From the NCBI RefSeq assembly GCF_048593235.1, contig NC_133623.1:17910211-17974210 (forward strand): DNA of 64,000 nucleotides. The letters run 5' to 3'. A model generated the notes under the pieces. That model searched no databases, was not told the origin of the DNA, and was given only the letters and a program-made list of their open reading frames with translations. Shown here piece by piece: positions 1 to 10,709 of the stretch; position 1 is the first letter of the stretch, and each line of letters opens with the position of its first letter. Made by a program: the position numbers and the translations under genes. This stretch comes from Sminthopsis crassicaudata. Taxonomy: Eukaryota.

Positions 1-379
1 CCTAGCTTAGCTGGAGGGAGTGGAACTCAGCTCCAGGAAGTCCCAGAGAAGCGGAACCTTTGAACTAGGGACCGCGGTTTCTGGCAGACACTTCCAGTTT
101 GAGCGCAGGGGCTTCTTACGTCACCTGCTGCAGACACCCACTCCCCACCCGGACACATAGGCTGAGCTTCCTGCAGTCTTCACTATTCTACGCCCTCGAA
201 GCACAGCAGTGCTAATCACCTCTGAGGCACTCCCAGGGAGAGGGTGGGGAACTCTCTCCCAGAGCTCTCTCTTAGCTCAGGCGCAGGAGCCGGTGCATCC
301 ATCCGGTCTGGGAGGAAGCTGGTAAAGAAGTAAATAATTTCCTACCCCAGAGACAGACCCCAAAAGATTTTTTTTAAGT
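1..379 (+). promoter_or_regulatory. L1 5' UTR / internal promoter region
   Basis: CpG-containing sequence richer in GC than the flanks, directly upstream of ORF1, with no ATG before position 380. Promoter role is inferred from L1 biology. Confidence 0.7.
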
Positions 380-1540
380 ATGAACAAAAAAGCTAGAAAA
401 ACCATAGATTCCTTCTATACAGAGAAAGAGCGGGTGTCCAACCCCGAGGAAGTTGACAGCAGAGAATCAGATAACAACCTAAAGGGGAACGATTCCTGCC
501 CCCCATCACATAACTCTCTCCTAGAAGAAGCTCTTAAGAAATTGAGGGAGATCGAAGAAAAATGGGGAAAGGAAAGAGAAGTTATGATAGAGAATAATAA
601 TGTCCTGAAATTGGAGTTGGAAAAAATAAAGAATTCACAGGAGATGCAGGGAAACAAAATTAGTGAATTAGAAAAGGTTAAAAAAACACAGGAAAGTAGG
701 ATTTCTGAATTGGAAAAGATAAAAAAGTCTCAAGAAAATAGAATTTCTGAATTGGAAAAAGAAAATAATTCTCAAAAAAAAAAAATTAGGGAAATGGAAA
801 AAAACTCAATAGAGCAAAATAATTCATTTAAAAACGAAATTGGGCATTTACAAAAAGAACTAAAAACTGTGAAAGAAGAAAATAACTCCTTAAAAGTCAG
901 GATGGAACAAATAGAAATGAATGATTCACAGAGAACCCAAGAATCAGTCAAACAAAACAAAAAAAATGAGAAGCTGGAGAACAACGTCAAATACTTACTG
1001 GGAAAATCTATAGACCTGGAAAATAGATCTAGGAGAGATAATCTGCGGATTATTGGACTTCCAGAAAACTATGACCAAAAAAAGAGCCTAGATTCTATTT
1101 TACAGGAAATTATCAAAGAGAACTGTCCAGAGATAATAGAAACAGAAGGGAAAGTAGATGTGGAAAGAATTAATCGAACTCCTTCTGAAATAGACCCTAA
1201 AAAAAGAACACCACGGAATATTGTGGCTAAGCTGCAGAATTACCACACAAAGGAGAAAATCCTGCAAGCAGCTAGAAAAAAACAATTTAAATACCAAGGT
1301 GCCACAATAAGGGTCACCCAAGATCTGGCTGCCTCCACATTAAAAGATAGAAGGGCCTGGAACCTGATATTCCGAAAGGCAAAAGATCAAGGACTGCAAC
1401 CAAGAATGAACTACCCAGCTAAGTTTAGCATCTTTTTCCATGGAAGAAGATGGTCATTCAATGAAACAGAGGAATTCTATATGTTTCTAAGAAAAAAACC
1501 AGACTTAAACAAAAAATTTGATCTACATCCACAAGACTGA
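380..1540 (+). CDS. L1 ORF1p (coiled coil + RRM + CTD RNA-binding chaperone), 386 aa
   Basis: Heptad-rich N-terminal half, then the canonical motifs DLENRSRRDNLRIIGLPE, TPRNIVAKL, and YPAKFS. Confidence 0.96.
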   Translation: MNKKARKTIDSFYTEKERVSNPEEVDSRESDNNLKGNDSCPPSHNSLLEEALKKLREIEEKWGKEREVMIENNNVLKLELEKIKNSQEMQGNKISELEKVKKTQESRISELEKIKKSQENRISELEKENNSQKKKIREMEKNSIEQNNSFKNEIGHLQKELKTVKEENNSLKVRMEQIEMNDSQRTQESVKQNKKNEKLENNVKYLLGKSIDLENRSRRDNLRIIGLPENYDQKKSLDSILQEIIKENCPEIIETEGKVDVERINRTPSEIDPKKRTPRNIVAKLQNYHTKEKILQAARKKQFKYQGATIRVTQDLAASTLKDRRAWNLIFRKAKDQGLQPRMNYPAKFSIFFHGRRWSFNETEEFYMFLRKKPDLNKKFDLHPQD

Positions 1541-2063
1541 AGAGAAACAGAAAAAGGTACACAGAACCCTTGAGAACTGTAACTTTGTTGTGGGTATATA
1601 AAAAATACTCAAGGATAATTTGATTTTACTGATATAAAAGAAAAAAAGGGGGGTGTGGTAAAGGGAAGGAGGTCGGTTCAGAAAAAGGGGAAGGAGTGAT
1701 AAAAAGAGGGAAACTACATCCCAGGAAGAGACATAGAAAATACACCATATCTGAGGGAACTTAGTGAGGGGGAGAATCATTGTGTGAATCTTACTCTCAT
1801 CAGAAGAGGCTCAAAGAGTAAATAATTAACATATTTGTTTTTCAGAGAATTTTCTCTCACCTCATTAAAAGGGGGGAGAGGAAAAGGGGAAAGGAAAAGG
1901 AGAATAAGTGAAGGGACTTGGAGGGAGGGGGGAGGGATCCTAAAAAAAAAAAAAAAAAAAAAAAGAGGGAGGGTTGCGCGTCACAAGGGGGGTCTGTAAA
2001 TTAAATATCGGGGAGGGGGATCAGGGGGGTCAAGGGAAAAAAGTATAATCTGGGGATAATACG
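1541..2063 (+). other. L1 inter-ORF spacer, 523 nt, purine-rich, with A23 tract (1942-1964) and G-tracts
   Basis: Lies between the ORF1 TGA (1538-1540) and the ORF2 ATG (2064). No ATG on the sense strand. Confidence 0.9.
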
Positions 2064-5000
2064 ATGGCAGGAAATACAGAATTAGTAATTTTAACTGTAA
2101 ATGTAAATGGGATGAACGATCCCATCAAACGGAGACGGATAGCAGATTGGATCAAAAAGCAGAACCCTACAATATGTTGTCTACAGGAAACACACTTAAA
2201 GCAGGGAGATACATACAGAGTAAAGGTAAAAGGTTGGAACAGAGCTTATTATGCTTCAGGTAAAGCCAAAAAAGCAGGGGTAGCTATCCTTATCTCAGAT
2301 CAAGCAAAAGCAGAAGTAGATCTCGTTAAAAAAGATAAGGAAGGAAACTATATCCTGCTGAAAGGTAGCATAAATAATGAAGCCATATCAATACTAAACA
2401 TATATGCACCAAGTGGTATAGCATCTAACTTTCTAAAGGAAAAGTTAAGAGAACTGCAAGAAGAAATAGACAGTAAAACTATAATAGTGGGAGATCTCAA
2501 CCTTGCACTCTCAGATTTAGACAAATCAAACCACAAAACAAACAAGAAAGAAATTAAAAAAGTAAATAGAACATTAGAAAAACTAGGTATGATAGACCTT
2601 TGGAGAAAACTGAATGGCAATAGGAAGGAATATACTTTCTTCTCAGCAGTTCATGGATCCTATACAAAAATTGACCATATATTAGGACATAAAGATCTCA
2701 AAATTAAATGTAGGAAGGCAGAAATAATAAATGCCTTCTTCTCAGATCACAATGCAATAAAAGCTACATTCAGTAAAAAGTTAGGGGTAAATAGACCAAA
2801 AAGTAATTGGAAACTGAATAATCTCATCTTAAAGAATGACTGGGTGAAAGAGCAAATTATAGAAACAATTAACAATTTCACCCAAGATAATGATAATGAT
2901 GAGACATCATATCAAAATCTTTGGGATGCAGCTAAAGCAGTAATAAGGGGAAATTTTATATCTTTAGAGGCTTATTTGAAGAAAATTGAGAAAGAGAAGA
3001 TTAATGAATTGGGCTTACAACTTAAAAGGCTAGAAAAAGACCAAATTATAAACCCCCAACCAAAAATTAAACTCGAAATACAAAAATTAAAAGGAGAAAT
3101 CAATAAAATTGAAAGTAAAAAAACTATTGAATTAATAAATAAAACCAAAAGTTGGTTTTATGAAAAAGCCAATAAAATAGATAAACCTTTGGTAAATTTG
3201 ATCAAAAAAAAGAAAGAGGAAAATCAAATTGATAGTCTTACAAATGAAAAGGGGGATCTTTCCACCAATGAAGAGGAAATTAGAGAAATAATAAGGAGTT
3301 ACTTTGCCCAACTTTATGCCAATAAATTTGATAACTTAAGTGAAATGGATGACTTTCTCCAAAAATATAGGCTCCCTAGATTAACAGAGGAGGAGATAAA
3401 TTGCTTAAATAGTCCCATTTCAGAAAAAGAAATAGAACAAGCTATTAATCAACTCCCCAGGAAAAAATCCCCAGGGCCAGATGGATTCACATGTGAATTC
3501 TACCAAACATTTAAAGAACAATTAGCCCCAATGTTATATAAATTATTTGAAAAAATAGGGGATGAAGGAGTCCTACCAAACTCCTTTTATGACACAGACA
3601 TGGTACTGATACCTAAACCTGGTAGATCGAAAACTGAGAAAGAAAATTATAGACCAATCTCCTTAATGAATATTGATGCTAAAATCTTAAATAAGATATT
3701 AGCAAAAAGACTTCAGAAAATCATCTCCAAGATAATACACTATGATCAAGTAGGATTTATTCCAGGAATGCAGGGCTGGTTTAATATTAGGAAAACTATT
3801 AATATAATTGACCATATTAATAATCAAATTAATAAGAACCATATGATCATCTCAATAGATGCAGAAAAAGCATTTGACAAAATCCAACATCCATTCCTAC
3901 TAAAAACTCTTGAGAGTATAGGAATAAATGGATTATTCCTTAGAATAATCAGGAGTATATATTTAAGACCGTCAGTAAGCATAATATGCAATAGAAATAA
4001 ACTGCAACCTTTCCCTGTAAGATCAGGAGTGAAACAAGGTTGCCCACTATCACCATTACTATTCAATATAGTACTAGAAACGCTAGCCTCGGCAATAAGA
4101 GCCGAGAAAGAGATTCAAGGAATTAGAGTAGGAAATGAGGAAATCAAACTATCACTTTTTGCAGATGACATGATGGTATACTTAGAGAACCCCAAAGACT
4201 CTGCTAAAAAGCTACTAGAAATAATTCAAAATTTCAGCAAAGTGGCAGGATACAAAATAAATCCACATAAATCCTCGGCATTTTTATATATCACTAACAA
4301 AATGCAACAGCAAGAGATACAAAGAGAAATTCCATTCCAAACAAATGTTGAGAGTATAAAATATTTGGGAATCCATCTACCAAAGAAAAGTCAGGAATTA
4401 TATGAGAAAAATTACAAAACACTTGCCACAAAAATAAAATCAGATTTAAATCATTGGAAAGACATTCAGTGCTCTTGGATAGGCCGAGCGAATATAATAA
4501 AGATGACAATACTCCCCAAACTAATCTATTTATTTAGTGCTATACCAATCAGACTCCCAAGAAACTATTTTAATGACCTAGAAAAAATAACAACAAAATT
4601 CATATGGAAGAATAAAAGGTCAAGAATTGCAAGGGAACTAATGAAAAAAAACTCAGAGGAAGGTGGTCTAAGTGTACCTGATCTAAAGCTATATTATATA
4701 GCAGCAGTCACCAAAACCATTTGGTATTGGCTACAAAATAGACCGGTAGATCAGTGGAACAGATTAGATACAAAGGACAAAAAAGGGTACATCTATAGCA
4801 ATCTAATCTTTGACAAACCCAAAGATTCCAACATTAGGGATAAAAATTCATTATTCGGAAAAAACTGTTGGGAAAACTGGAAATTAGTATGGCAGAAATT
4901 AGATATGGATCCACACTTAACACCATATACCAAGATAAGATCAAAATGGGTCCATGATTTAGGCATAAAGAGGGAGATAATAAATAGATTGGAGGAACAG

Positions 5001-5897
5001 AGGATAATCTACCTCTCAGACTTGTGGAGGAGGAAGGAATTTATGACCAGAGGAGAACTAGAGATCATTATTGATCACAAAATAGAAGATTTTGATTACA
5101 TCAAACTAAAAAGTTTCTGTACAAATAATACTAATGCAAACAAGATTAGAAGGGAAATAACAAATTGGGAAAATATTTTTAAAAACAAAGGTTCTGACAA
5201 AGGTCTCATTTCCAAAATATATAGAGAACTGACCCAAATTTATAAGAAACCGAACCATTCTCCAATTGATAAATGGTCAAAGGATATGAACAGACAATTC
5301 TCAGAGGAAGAAATTGAAACTATATCCACTCACATGAAAGAGTGTTCCAAATCACTACTGATCAGAGAAATGCAAATTAAGACCACTCTGAGATACCACT
5401 ACACACCTGTCAGATTGGCTAAGATGACAGGAACAAATAATGACAAATGTTGGAGGGGATGTGGGGAAACTGGGACACTAATACATTGCTGGTGGAGTTG
5501 TGAAAGAATCCAGCCATTCTGGAGAGCAATCTGGAATTATGCCCAAAAAGTTATCAAATTGTGCATACCCTTTGACCCAGCAGCGCTACTACTGGGATTA
5601 TATCCCAAAGAAATACTAAAGAGCGGAAAGAGACATATATGTGCCAAAATGTTTGTGGCAGCTCTTTTTGTTGTAGCTAGAAACTGGAGGATGAATGGAT
5701 GTCCATCAGTTGGAGAATGGTTGGGTAAATTGTGGTATATGAAGGTTATGGAATATTATTGCTCTGTAAGAAATGACCAGCAGGAGGAATACAGAGAGGG
5801 TTGGAGAGACTTAAATCAACTGATGCTGAGTGAAATGAGCAGAACCAGAAGATCACTGTACACTTCAACAACAATGCTGTATGAGGATGTATTCTGA
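2064..5897 (+). CDS. L1 ORF2p (APE endonuclease, reverse transcriptase, Cys-rich C-terminus), 1277 aa
   Basis: EN motifs NVNG, LQET, GDLN, SDH. RT motifs [32 protein letters not shown]-terminal [18 protein letters not shown] (CX3CX7HX4C). No stops or frameshifts. Confidence 0.98.
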   Translation: MAGNTELVILTVNVNGMNDPIKRRRIADWIKKQNPTICCLQETHLKQGDTYRVKVKGWNRAYYASGKAKKAGVAILISDQAKAEVDLVKKDKEGNYILLKGSINNEAISILNIYAPSGIASNFLKEKLRELQEEIDSKTIIVGDLNLALSDLDKSNHKTNKKEIKKVNRTLEKLGMIDLWRKLNGNRKEYTFFSAVHGSYTKIDHILGHKDLKIKCRKAEIINAFFSDHNAIKATFSKKLGVNRPKSNWKLNNLILKNDWVKEQIIETINNFTQDNDNDETSYQNLWDAAKAVIRGNFISLEAYLKKIEKEKINELGLQLKRLEKDQIINPQPKIKLEIQKLKGEINKIESKKTIELINKTKSWFYEKANKIDKPLVNLIKKKKEENQIDSLTNEKGDLSTNEEEIREIIRSYFAQLYANKFDNLSEMDDFLQKYRLPRLTEEEINCLNSPISEKEIEQAINQLPRKKSPGPDGFTCEFYQTFKEQLAPMLYKLFEKIGDEGVLPNSFYDTDMVLIPKPGRSKTEKENYRPISLMNIDAKILNKILAKRLQKIISKIIHYDQVGFIPGMQGWFNIRKTINIIDHINNQINKNHMIISIDAEKAFDKIQHPFLLKTLESIGINGLFLRIIRSIYLRPSVSIICNRNKLQPFPVRSGVKQGCPLSPLLFNIVLETLASAIRAEKEIQGIRVGNEEIKLSLFADDMMVYLENPKDSAKKLLEIIQNFSKVAGYKINPHKSSAFLYITNKMQQQEIQREIPFQTNVESIKYLGIHLPKKSQELYEKNYKTLATKIKSDLNHWKDIQCSWIGRANIIKMTILPKLIYLFSAIPIRLPRNYFNDLEKITTKFIWKNKRSRIARELMKKNSEEGGLSVPDLKLYYIAAVTKTIWYWLQNRPVDQWNRLDTKDKKGYIYSNLIFDKPKDSNIRDKNSLFGKNCWENWKLVWQKLDMDPHLTPYTKIRSKWVHDLGIKREIINRLEEQRIIYLSDLWRRKEFMTRGELEIIIDHKIEDFDYIKLKSFCTNNTNANKIRREITNWENIFKNKGSDKGLISKIYRELTQIYKKPNHSPIDKWSKDMNRQFSEEEIETISTHMKECSKSLLIREMQIKTTLRYHYTPVRLAKMTGTNNDKCWRGCGETGTLIHCWWSCERIQPFWRAIWNYAQKVIKLCIPFDPAALLLGLYPKEILKSGKRHICAKMFVAALFVVARNWRMNGCPSVGEWLGKLWYMKVMEYYCSVRNDQQEEYREGWRDLNQLMLSEMSRTRRSLYTSTTMLYEDVF

Positions 5898-6302
5898 TGG
5901 AAGTGGAAATCTTCAACATAAAGAAGATCCAACTCACTTCCAGTTGATCAATGATGGACAGAGGTAGCTGCACCCAGAGAAGAAACACTGGGAGGGGAAT
6001 GAAAATTGTTAGCACTAATATCTGTCTGCCCAGGTTGCATGTACCTTCGGATTCTAATGTTTATTGTGCAACAAGAAAGTGATATTCGCACACATGTATT
6101 GTACCTAGACTATATTGTAACACATGTAAAATGTATGGTATTGCCTGTCGTCGGGGGGAGGGAATAGAGGGAGGGGGGGTAAATTGGAAAAATGAATACA
6201 AGGGATAATATTATAAAATATATATATATATATATATATAATAAAAAATATAATAAAAAAAAATTAAAAAAAAAAAATAAAAGTAATAAAAAGTTATAAA
6301 AA
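5898..6302 (+). other. L1 3' UTR with G-rich polypurine tract and (TA)n / A-rich tail
   Basis: ggggggagggaatagagggagggggggt near 6153-6180, (TA)n at about 6218-6240, then interrupted A-runs. Confidence 0.88.
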
Positions 6303-8190
6303 CTCACTCAACAAAATAATTTCTTAAAAATTAAAATTGGGCAAGTGTTCACAACACAGCAAGAAACAACAAAACAAAGTCAGAAGACTGAAAAAAAAAG
6401 AGAAAACCGTGAAATATCTCATCAGAAAAATAACTGACAGATTAGAAAACAGACTGAGGAGAAAAAAATTGAAGAATTATTGAACTACCTGAATGTCATA
6501 ATAGGAAAGAATCTGAACATCATATTTCAAGAAATTATCAAGGAACACTTCTCTGATTGCCTAAGGGTGAAACAGAAATTGAAAAAGAAAAAAACAACAA
6601 CACTGAATACCTCCTGAAAGAAAACCCAAAATGAAAACTCCCAGGAATACTACAATTAAATCCCAGACCTTCCACATCAAGGAGAGCTTTTATAGTAGAG
6701 AAACATGGGAAGGAGAGAGACAAGATAACTTGAACCTCATTCTCATTGGAATTGATTCAAAGAGCAAAGAATAATACAAATATGCGCGCACACAGACACA
6801 CACACACACACACACACACACATTCACAGACTAAGTTGGGTATAGAAATGTATCTTATCCAAAAAGGATATTAGAAGAGAGGGGCAAAATAAACAGTAGG
6901 GGTAGGGAGAGATGATAAAATATAGGGGAGGAAGAAATCAGAAACAAAAACATACTTTTGAGTAAAGGCAGGAAAAAAGAAAGAGAAGGTTGGATGGAAG
7001 GAAATATAGTCATTATAATTGTGAATGTGAATGGGATGAGCTCACCTATAAAATACCAGCAACATGTTCTTTATAAACAACAAACATGAAAAAGAAAGAT
7101 ACACACAGAATTAAAATAAAGGGCTGGAGCAAAATTTATTATGCTTTAGGTAAAGTAAAAAACACAGGAGTAGCAATCATGATCTCTGACAAAGCAAAAA
7201 CAAAAATAGATCTAATTAAAAGGGATAATCAGGGAAACTATGTTTTACTAGGAAATTAAGACTATCAAAAAAATTTACAGCAAGTTTCTCTGATAAAGGC
7301 CTCCTTTCTCAAATATACAAATTCATCTTTTTAAAAAGGCACTTCTCAATTTATAAATCCTCAAAAAGACATGAACAGAAAGTTTTCAGAAGAAGAAATC
7401 AAAGTTATTTACAATTGTATAAAAAGGATCTAAATCAGTATTGATCAGAGAAATGCAAATGAAAATATCAGAAACAAATATTTAAGCAGATGAGAAAAAA
7501 TAGGTACACTAATAAACTGATGGTGGAGCTGTGAACTGGTTCAACCATTGAAAATAATATGGAACTATGTCCAAAGGACTATCAAACTGTACACACTTTC
7601 TACTACCAGATCTGTTAGCCAAAAGATCAAAGACAAAGGAAAAGAATCAATATGTAAAAATAATTTATGGCAGCTATTTTGGAGGCAAACAATGAGAAAG
7701 AAATTGAATGGAGGATCTTCATTTAGGGAATGGCTGAACAACGTGTAGCATGATTACGCTACAGAAAGTGCTTTCAGAAAAACAAAACCACGGCAAGACT
7801 ATACAAACTTAATCAAAATGAAGTGAAAACTGGGAGAGCATTGTGCACAGTAAAAGCAATGCTGTAATTATGAGCACTTGTGAAAGACTTGGCTACTTTG
7901 ATCAAAACTGTGATCCAAGACAATTCCAAATAATTCATGAGGGAGAAAAAAATGCTATCTACCTCCAAAAAGAGAAATGATAACCTCTGAGTACAAACTG
8001 AAGTATAAAATTTTCTCACTTTCTTTATACTTTTTGCTTTATGGCTAATACAGAAATACGTTTTGCATGATTTTCCATGTTTGATTAATATCATATCGCT
8101 TATTTTTCAATGGATAGGGGAGAGATGGGAAGGAGGAAGATTTGGAACTCAAAATTTTAAAAATAAAATAATGTTAAAAATAAATAATAA
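6303..8190 (+). mobile_element. Older degraded L1 (ORF1 3' half, spacer, start of ORF2, internal deletion, ORF2 3' end, 3' UTR), interrupted by the young L1
   Basis: Degenerate ORF1 (NVKYLIRK..DLENR, FQEIIKE, MKTPRN-like). EN start at about 7010 (VIIIVNVNGM-like). A jump near 7250 to SDKGL-region sequence, then a 3' UTR and A-rich end. Confidence 0.8.
6789..6822. repeat. (CA)n microsatellite within the old L1 spacer
   Basis: Direct reading. Confidence 0.9.
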
Positions 8191-8229
8191 AAAAATTTAA
8201 CAGTTCAAAATTACCAGTGGATCATTATG

Positions 8230-8560
8230 GACTCTAGAATAAAACAAATTCCTTTGGTATTTGAATCTCTTTACAACTTGGTCTCTTCATGTCTTTACCA
8301 TCTTATAACATTATCCTTCCTTCCATACATTCCATTCTACTGATCCTAGCCTTTCTATTCTTCAGATACTACACTCCAATTCCTAAGTATATAATTTTGC
8401 ATTTGTAGTCCTTCAGGCATAGAATGCTCTTCCTCTTATTCCTACCCTTAGAAACCCTGGTTACCATCAAGAATCAGATCAAAAACTACCTCTTCTAGGA
8501 GACCTTTCTCAGTTCATCCAACTCATCCTACTAAAGCCTCCCTCCTCTAAGAGTGCCCTC
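8230..8560 (+). mobile_element. Probable L2 3' remnant
   Basis: Pyrimidine-rich sequence resembling an L2 3' region (tagaatgctcttcctc..., aaaactacctcttctaggagaccttt). Confidence 0.45.
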
Positions 8561-9051
8561 CACACAAAGCAGGGCTTTCCTTTCCCATCTTCTTATTCTC
8601 TTAAAACAAATTGGTTAGTGAAATGAACCGAACCAGGAAAATATTGTACACAGTACATAATTACCTTAAAACCACAAAAATCATCACCATATCTATGTAT
8701 TACTGACAAAGCCCAGCAACAAGAGATAGAAAGGGGAAGTCCATTAAAAATAACAGAAGACAAAATAAAATATTTGGGTGTTTACCTGCCCAGACAAACC
8801 TAGGAACTATAAGAACACAATTACAAAACACTTTTCACACAATTATAGTCAGATCTAAACAATTGGAAAAATATCAATAGCTCATAGGTAGGCCGAGCTA
8901 ATATAATAAAAATGACAATTCTGCCTAAATTGGTCTACTTGTTCAGTGCCATACCAAACAAATTGCTAAAATATTATTTATTTTACAGAACTAGAAAAAA
9001 CAACAAAATTTACCCGGAAGAACAAAAGAACAAGGATATCAAGAGAATTAA

Positions 9052-9083
<32 letters not shown>

Positions 9084-9305
9084 AGGTTGGTGGCTTAGTG
9101 GTACCAAACCTAAAACTCTTATTTTCAGGGATAAGAATTAGCTATTCCACAAAAATTGCTGGGAAAACTGGAAAATGTCAGAAACAGATAAAACCTATAT
9201 CTCACACACCATACTCAAATAAGGTCAAAATGGATACATGATTTGGGCATAAAGGATGATATCATAAAGAAATTAGGAGAACAAGGTATAATTTACCTAT
9301 TAGAT

Positions 9306-9477
9306 CAGTGGTCCACAAACTTTTAAAATAGGGGGCCAGTTCACTGCCCTTCAGACTGTTGGAGGGCCAGACTATAGTAAAAACAAACTCCCACTCTGTC
9401 TCCGCCCCTCAGCCCATTTGCCATAACCCGGCAGGCCGCATAAACGTCCTTAGCAGGCCGTGATTTGAGAACCCCTG
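9306..9477. mobile_element. hAT/Charlie-type MITE, OC1 (OposCharlie1)-like non-autonomous element
   Basis: Imperfect TIRs cagtggtccacaaa / tttgagaacccctg. 8-bp TSD tattagat (9298-9305) / tattacat (9478-9485). The L1 ORF2 remnant is continuous across the insertion. The family name comes from recall of the internal sequence. Confidence 0.8.
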
Positions 9478-10358
9478 TATTACATCTTGGGAAAAAGGAG
9501 GAATTTATGACCGAAGAACTAGAAAACATTACAAAAGGCAAAATGAACAACTTTACATTAAATTAAAAAGTTTCTGCATAAACAAAATCAACAAAATAAG
9601 ATTAATAGGGAAGTACAAAGCTGGGAAAAAATTTTACAGCCAGTGTTTCTGATAAAGGTGTCATATCTAAAATAAATGAAGAATTCTGTCAAATTTATGA
9701 GTATACATGTCATTTCCCAATTGATAAATGGTCCAAAGGATATGAACAATTTTCAGATAACAAAATTCAAGCCATCTTCATATTAAAAAATGCTCTAAAT
9801 CACTATTGATTCTAAAGAAATACAAATCAAAGGAACTGTGAGGTACCCCTTTACACCTCTCACATTGGTTAAGATGCCAGGAAAAGATAGTGATAAATGT
9901 TGGAAGGGATGTGGGAAAACTGGGACACTAATGCAAACCTGGGGGACTTCTGAACTCCTATTTTGGAAGTTTTTTGGAAGGCAATCTGTAACTCTGCCAA
10001 AGGGCTAACAATTATATATTTCCTTTAACCCAGCAGTGCCATTACTGGACCTGTATCCTAAAAACAAACAAACAAAAAAAAACCATAAAGGAGGGAAAAC
10101 AATCCACATGTGAAAAATGTATGTAGCAGCTCTTTTTATGGTAGCAAAGAATTGCTACCATAAAAAGTGAGAAAGTGAGCAGATGCCCATCAATTGAGGA
10201 AGGGCAGAATAAGTTGTGGTATATGAAAGTAATGGCATATTATTGTTCTATAAAAATGATGAACAAGCTGACTTTAGAAAGGTCTGGAAAAATTTTCATG
10301 AACTGCTGCTGAGCAAAACAAGCAGAACCAGGAATACATTGTACAAAGTAACAGCAAG

Positions 10359-10434
10359 GTATGGGATTACCTGTCATGGGGGGAGGGAGTGGAGGGAGGG
10401 AGGGGATAATTTGGAAAAATGAATAAAAAAAAAC
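10359..10434 (+). mobile_element. 76-bp young L1 3'-UTR fragment with short poly(A)
   Basis: Matches the G-rich 3' UTR of the young L1s. Perfect 15-bp TSD caaagtaacagcaag (10344-10358 / 10435-10449). Confidence 0.85.
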
Positions 10435-10709
10435 CAAAGTAACAGCAAGAATGTGTGATGATCACCTATGAAAGACTTAGTTCTTCTTAGTGGTTCAAGG
10501 ATCCAAGGCAATCCCACTAAACTTTGAACAGAAAACACCATCTATATTCAGAAAAAGAACTATAGAAATTGATTATAAATCAACACATTCCATGTTCACT
10601 TCTTTTTTCTATTTTTTTCTCTTGTGGGTTTTCTTTTGTTCTAATCTCGTCTCCCAACATGATTCATAAAGCAATGTGTATTAAAAAATAAATAAAATAA
10701 AAATCAAAA

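Larger units (their letters stand above)
1..6302 (+). mobile_element. Near full-length LINE-1 with intact ORF1 and ORF2 (5' end probably extends beyond window)
   Basis: GC/CpG-richer 5' UTR, ORF1, spacer, ORF2 with EN/RT/Cys motifs, 3' UTR with G-rich tract and A/TA-rich tail. The 5' TSD is not visible because the window starts inside the element. Confidence 0.97.
8690..10705 (+). mobile_element. Older 5'-truncated L1 (ORF2 3' half + 3' UTR), degraded, hosting a MITE and a mini-L1
   Basis: Colinear similarity to ORF2 of the intact element ([36 protein letters not shown]), with stops and indels. Ends in an A-rich tail at about 10685-10705. Confidence 0.85.

Noticed and set aside
415-6015. Minus-strand ORFs of 70-90 aa overlapping L1 ORF1/ORF2, including possible ORF0-like products
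   Set aside because: Antisense shadows of A-rich L1 coding sequence (F/L/S-rich). No ORF0-like context is visible in the 5' UTR portion available.
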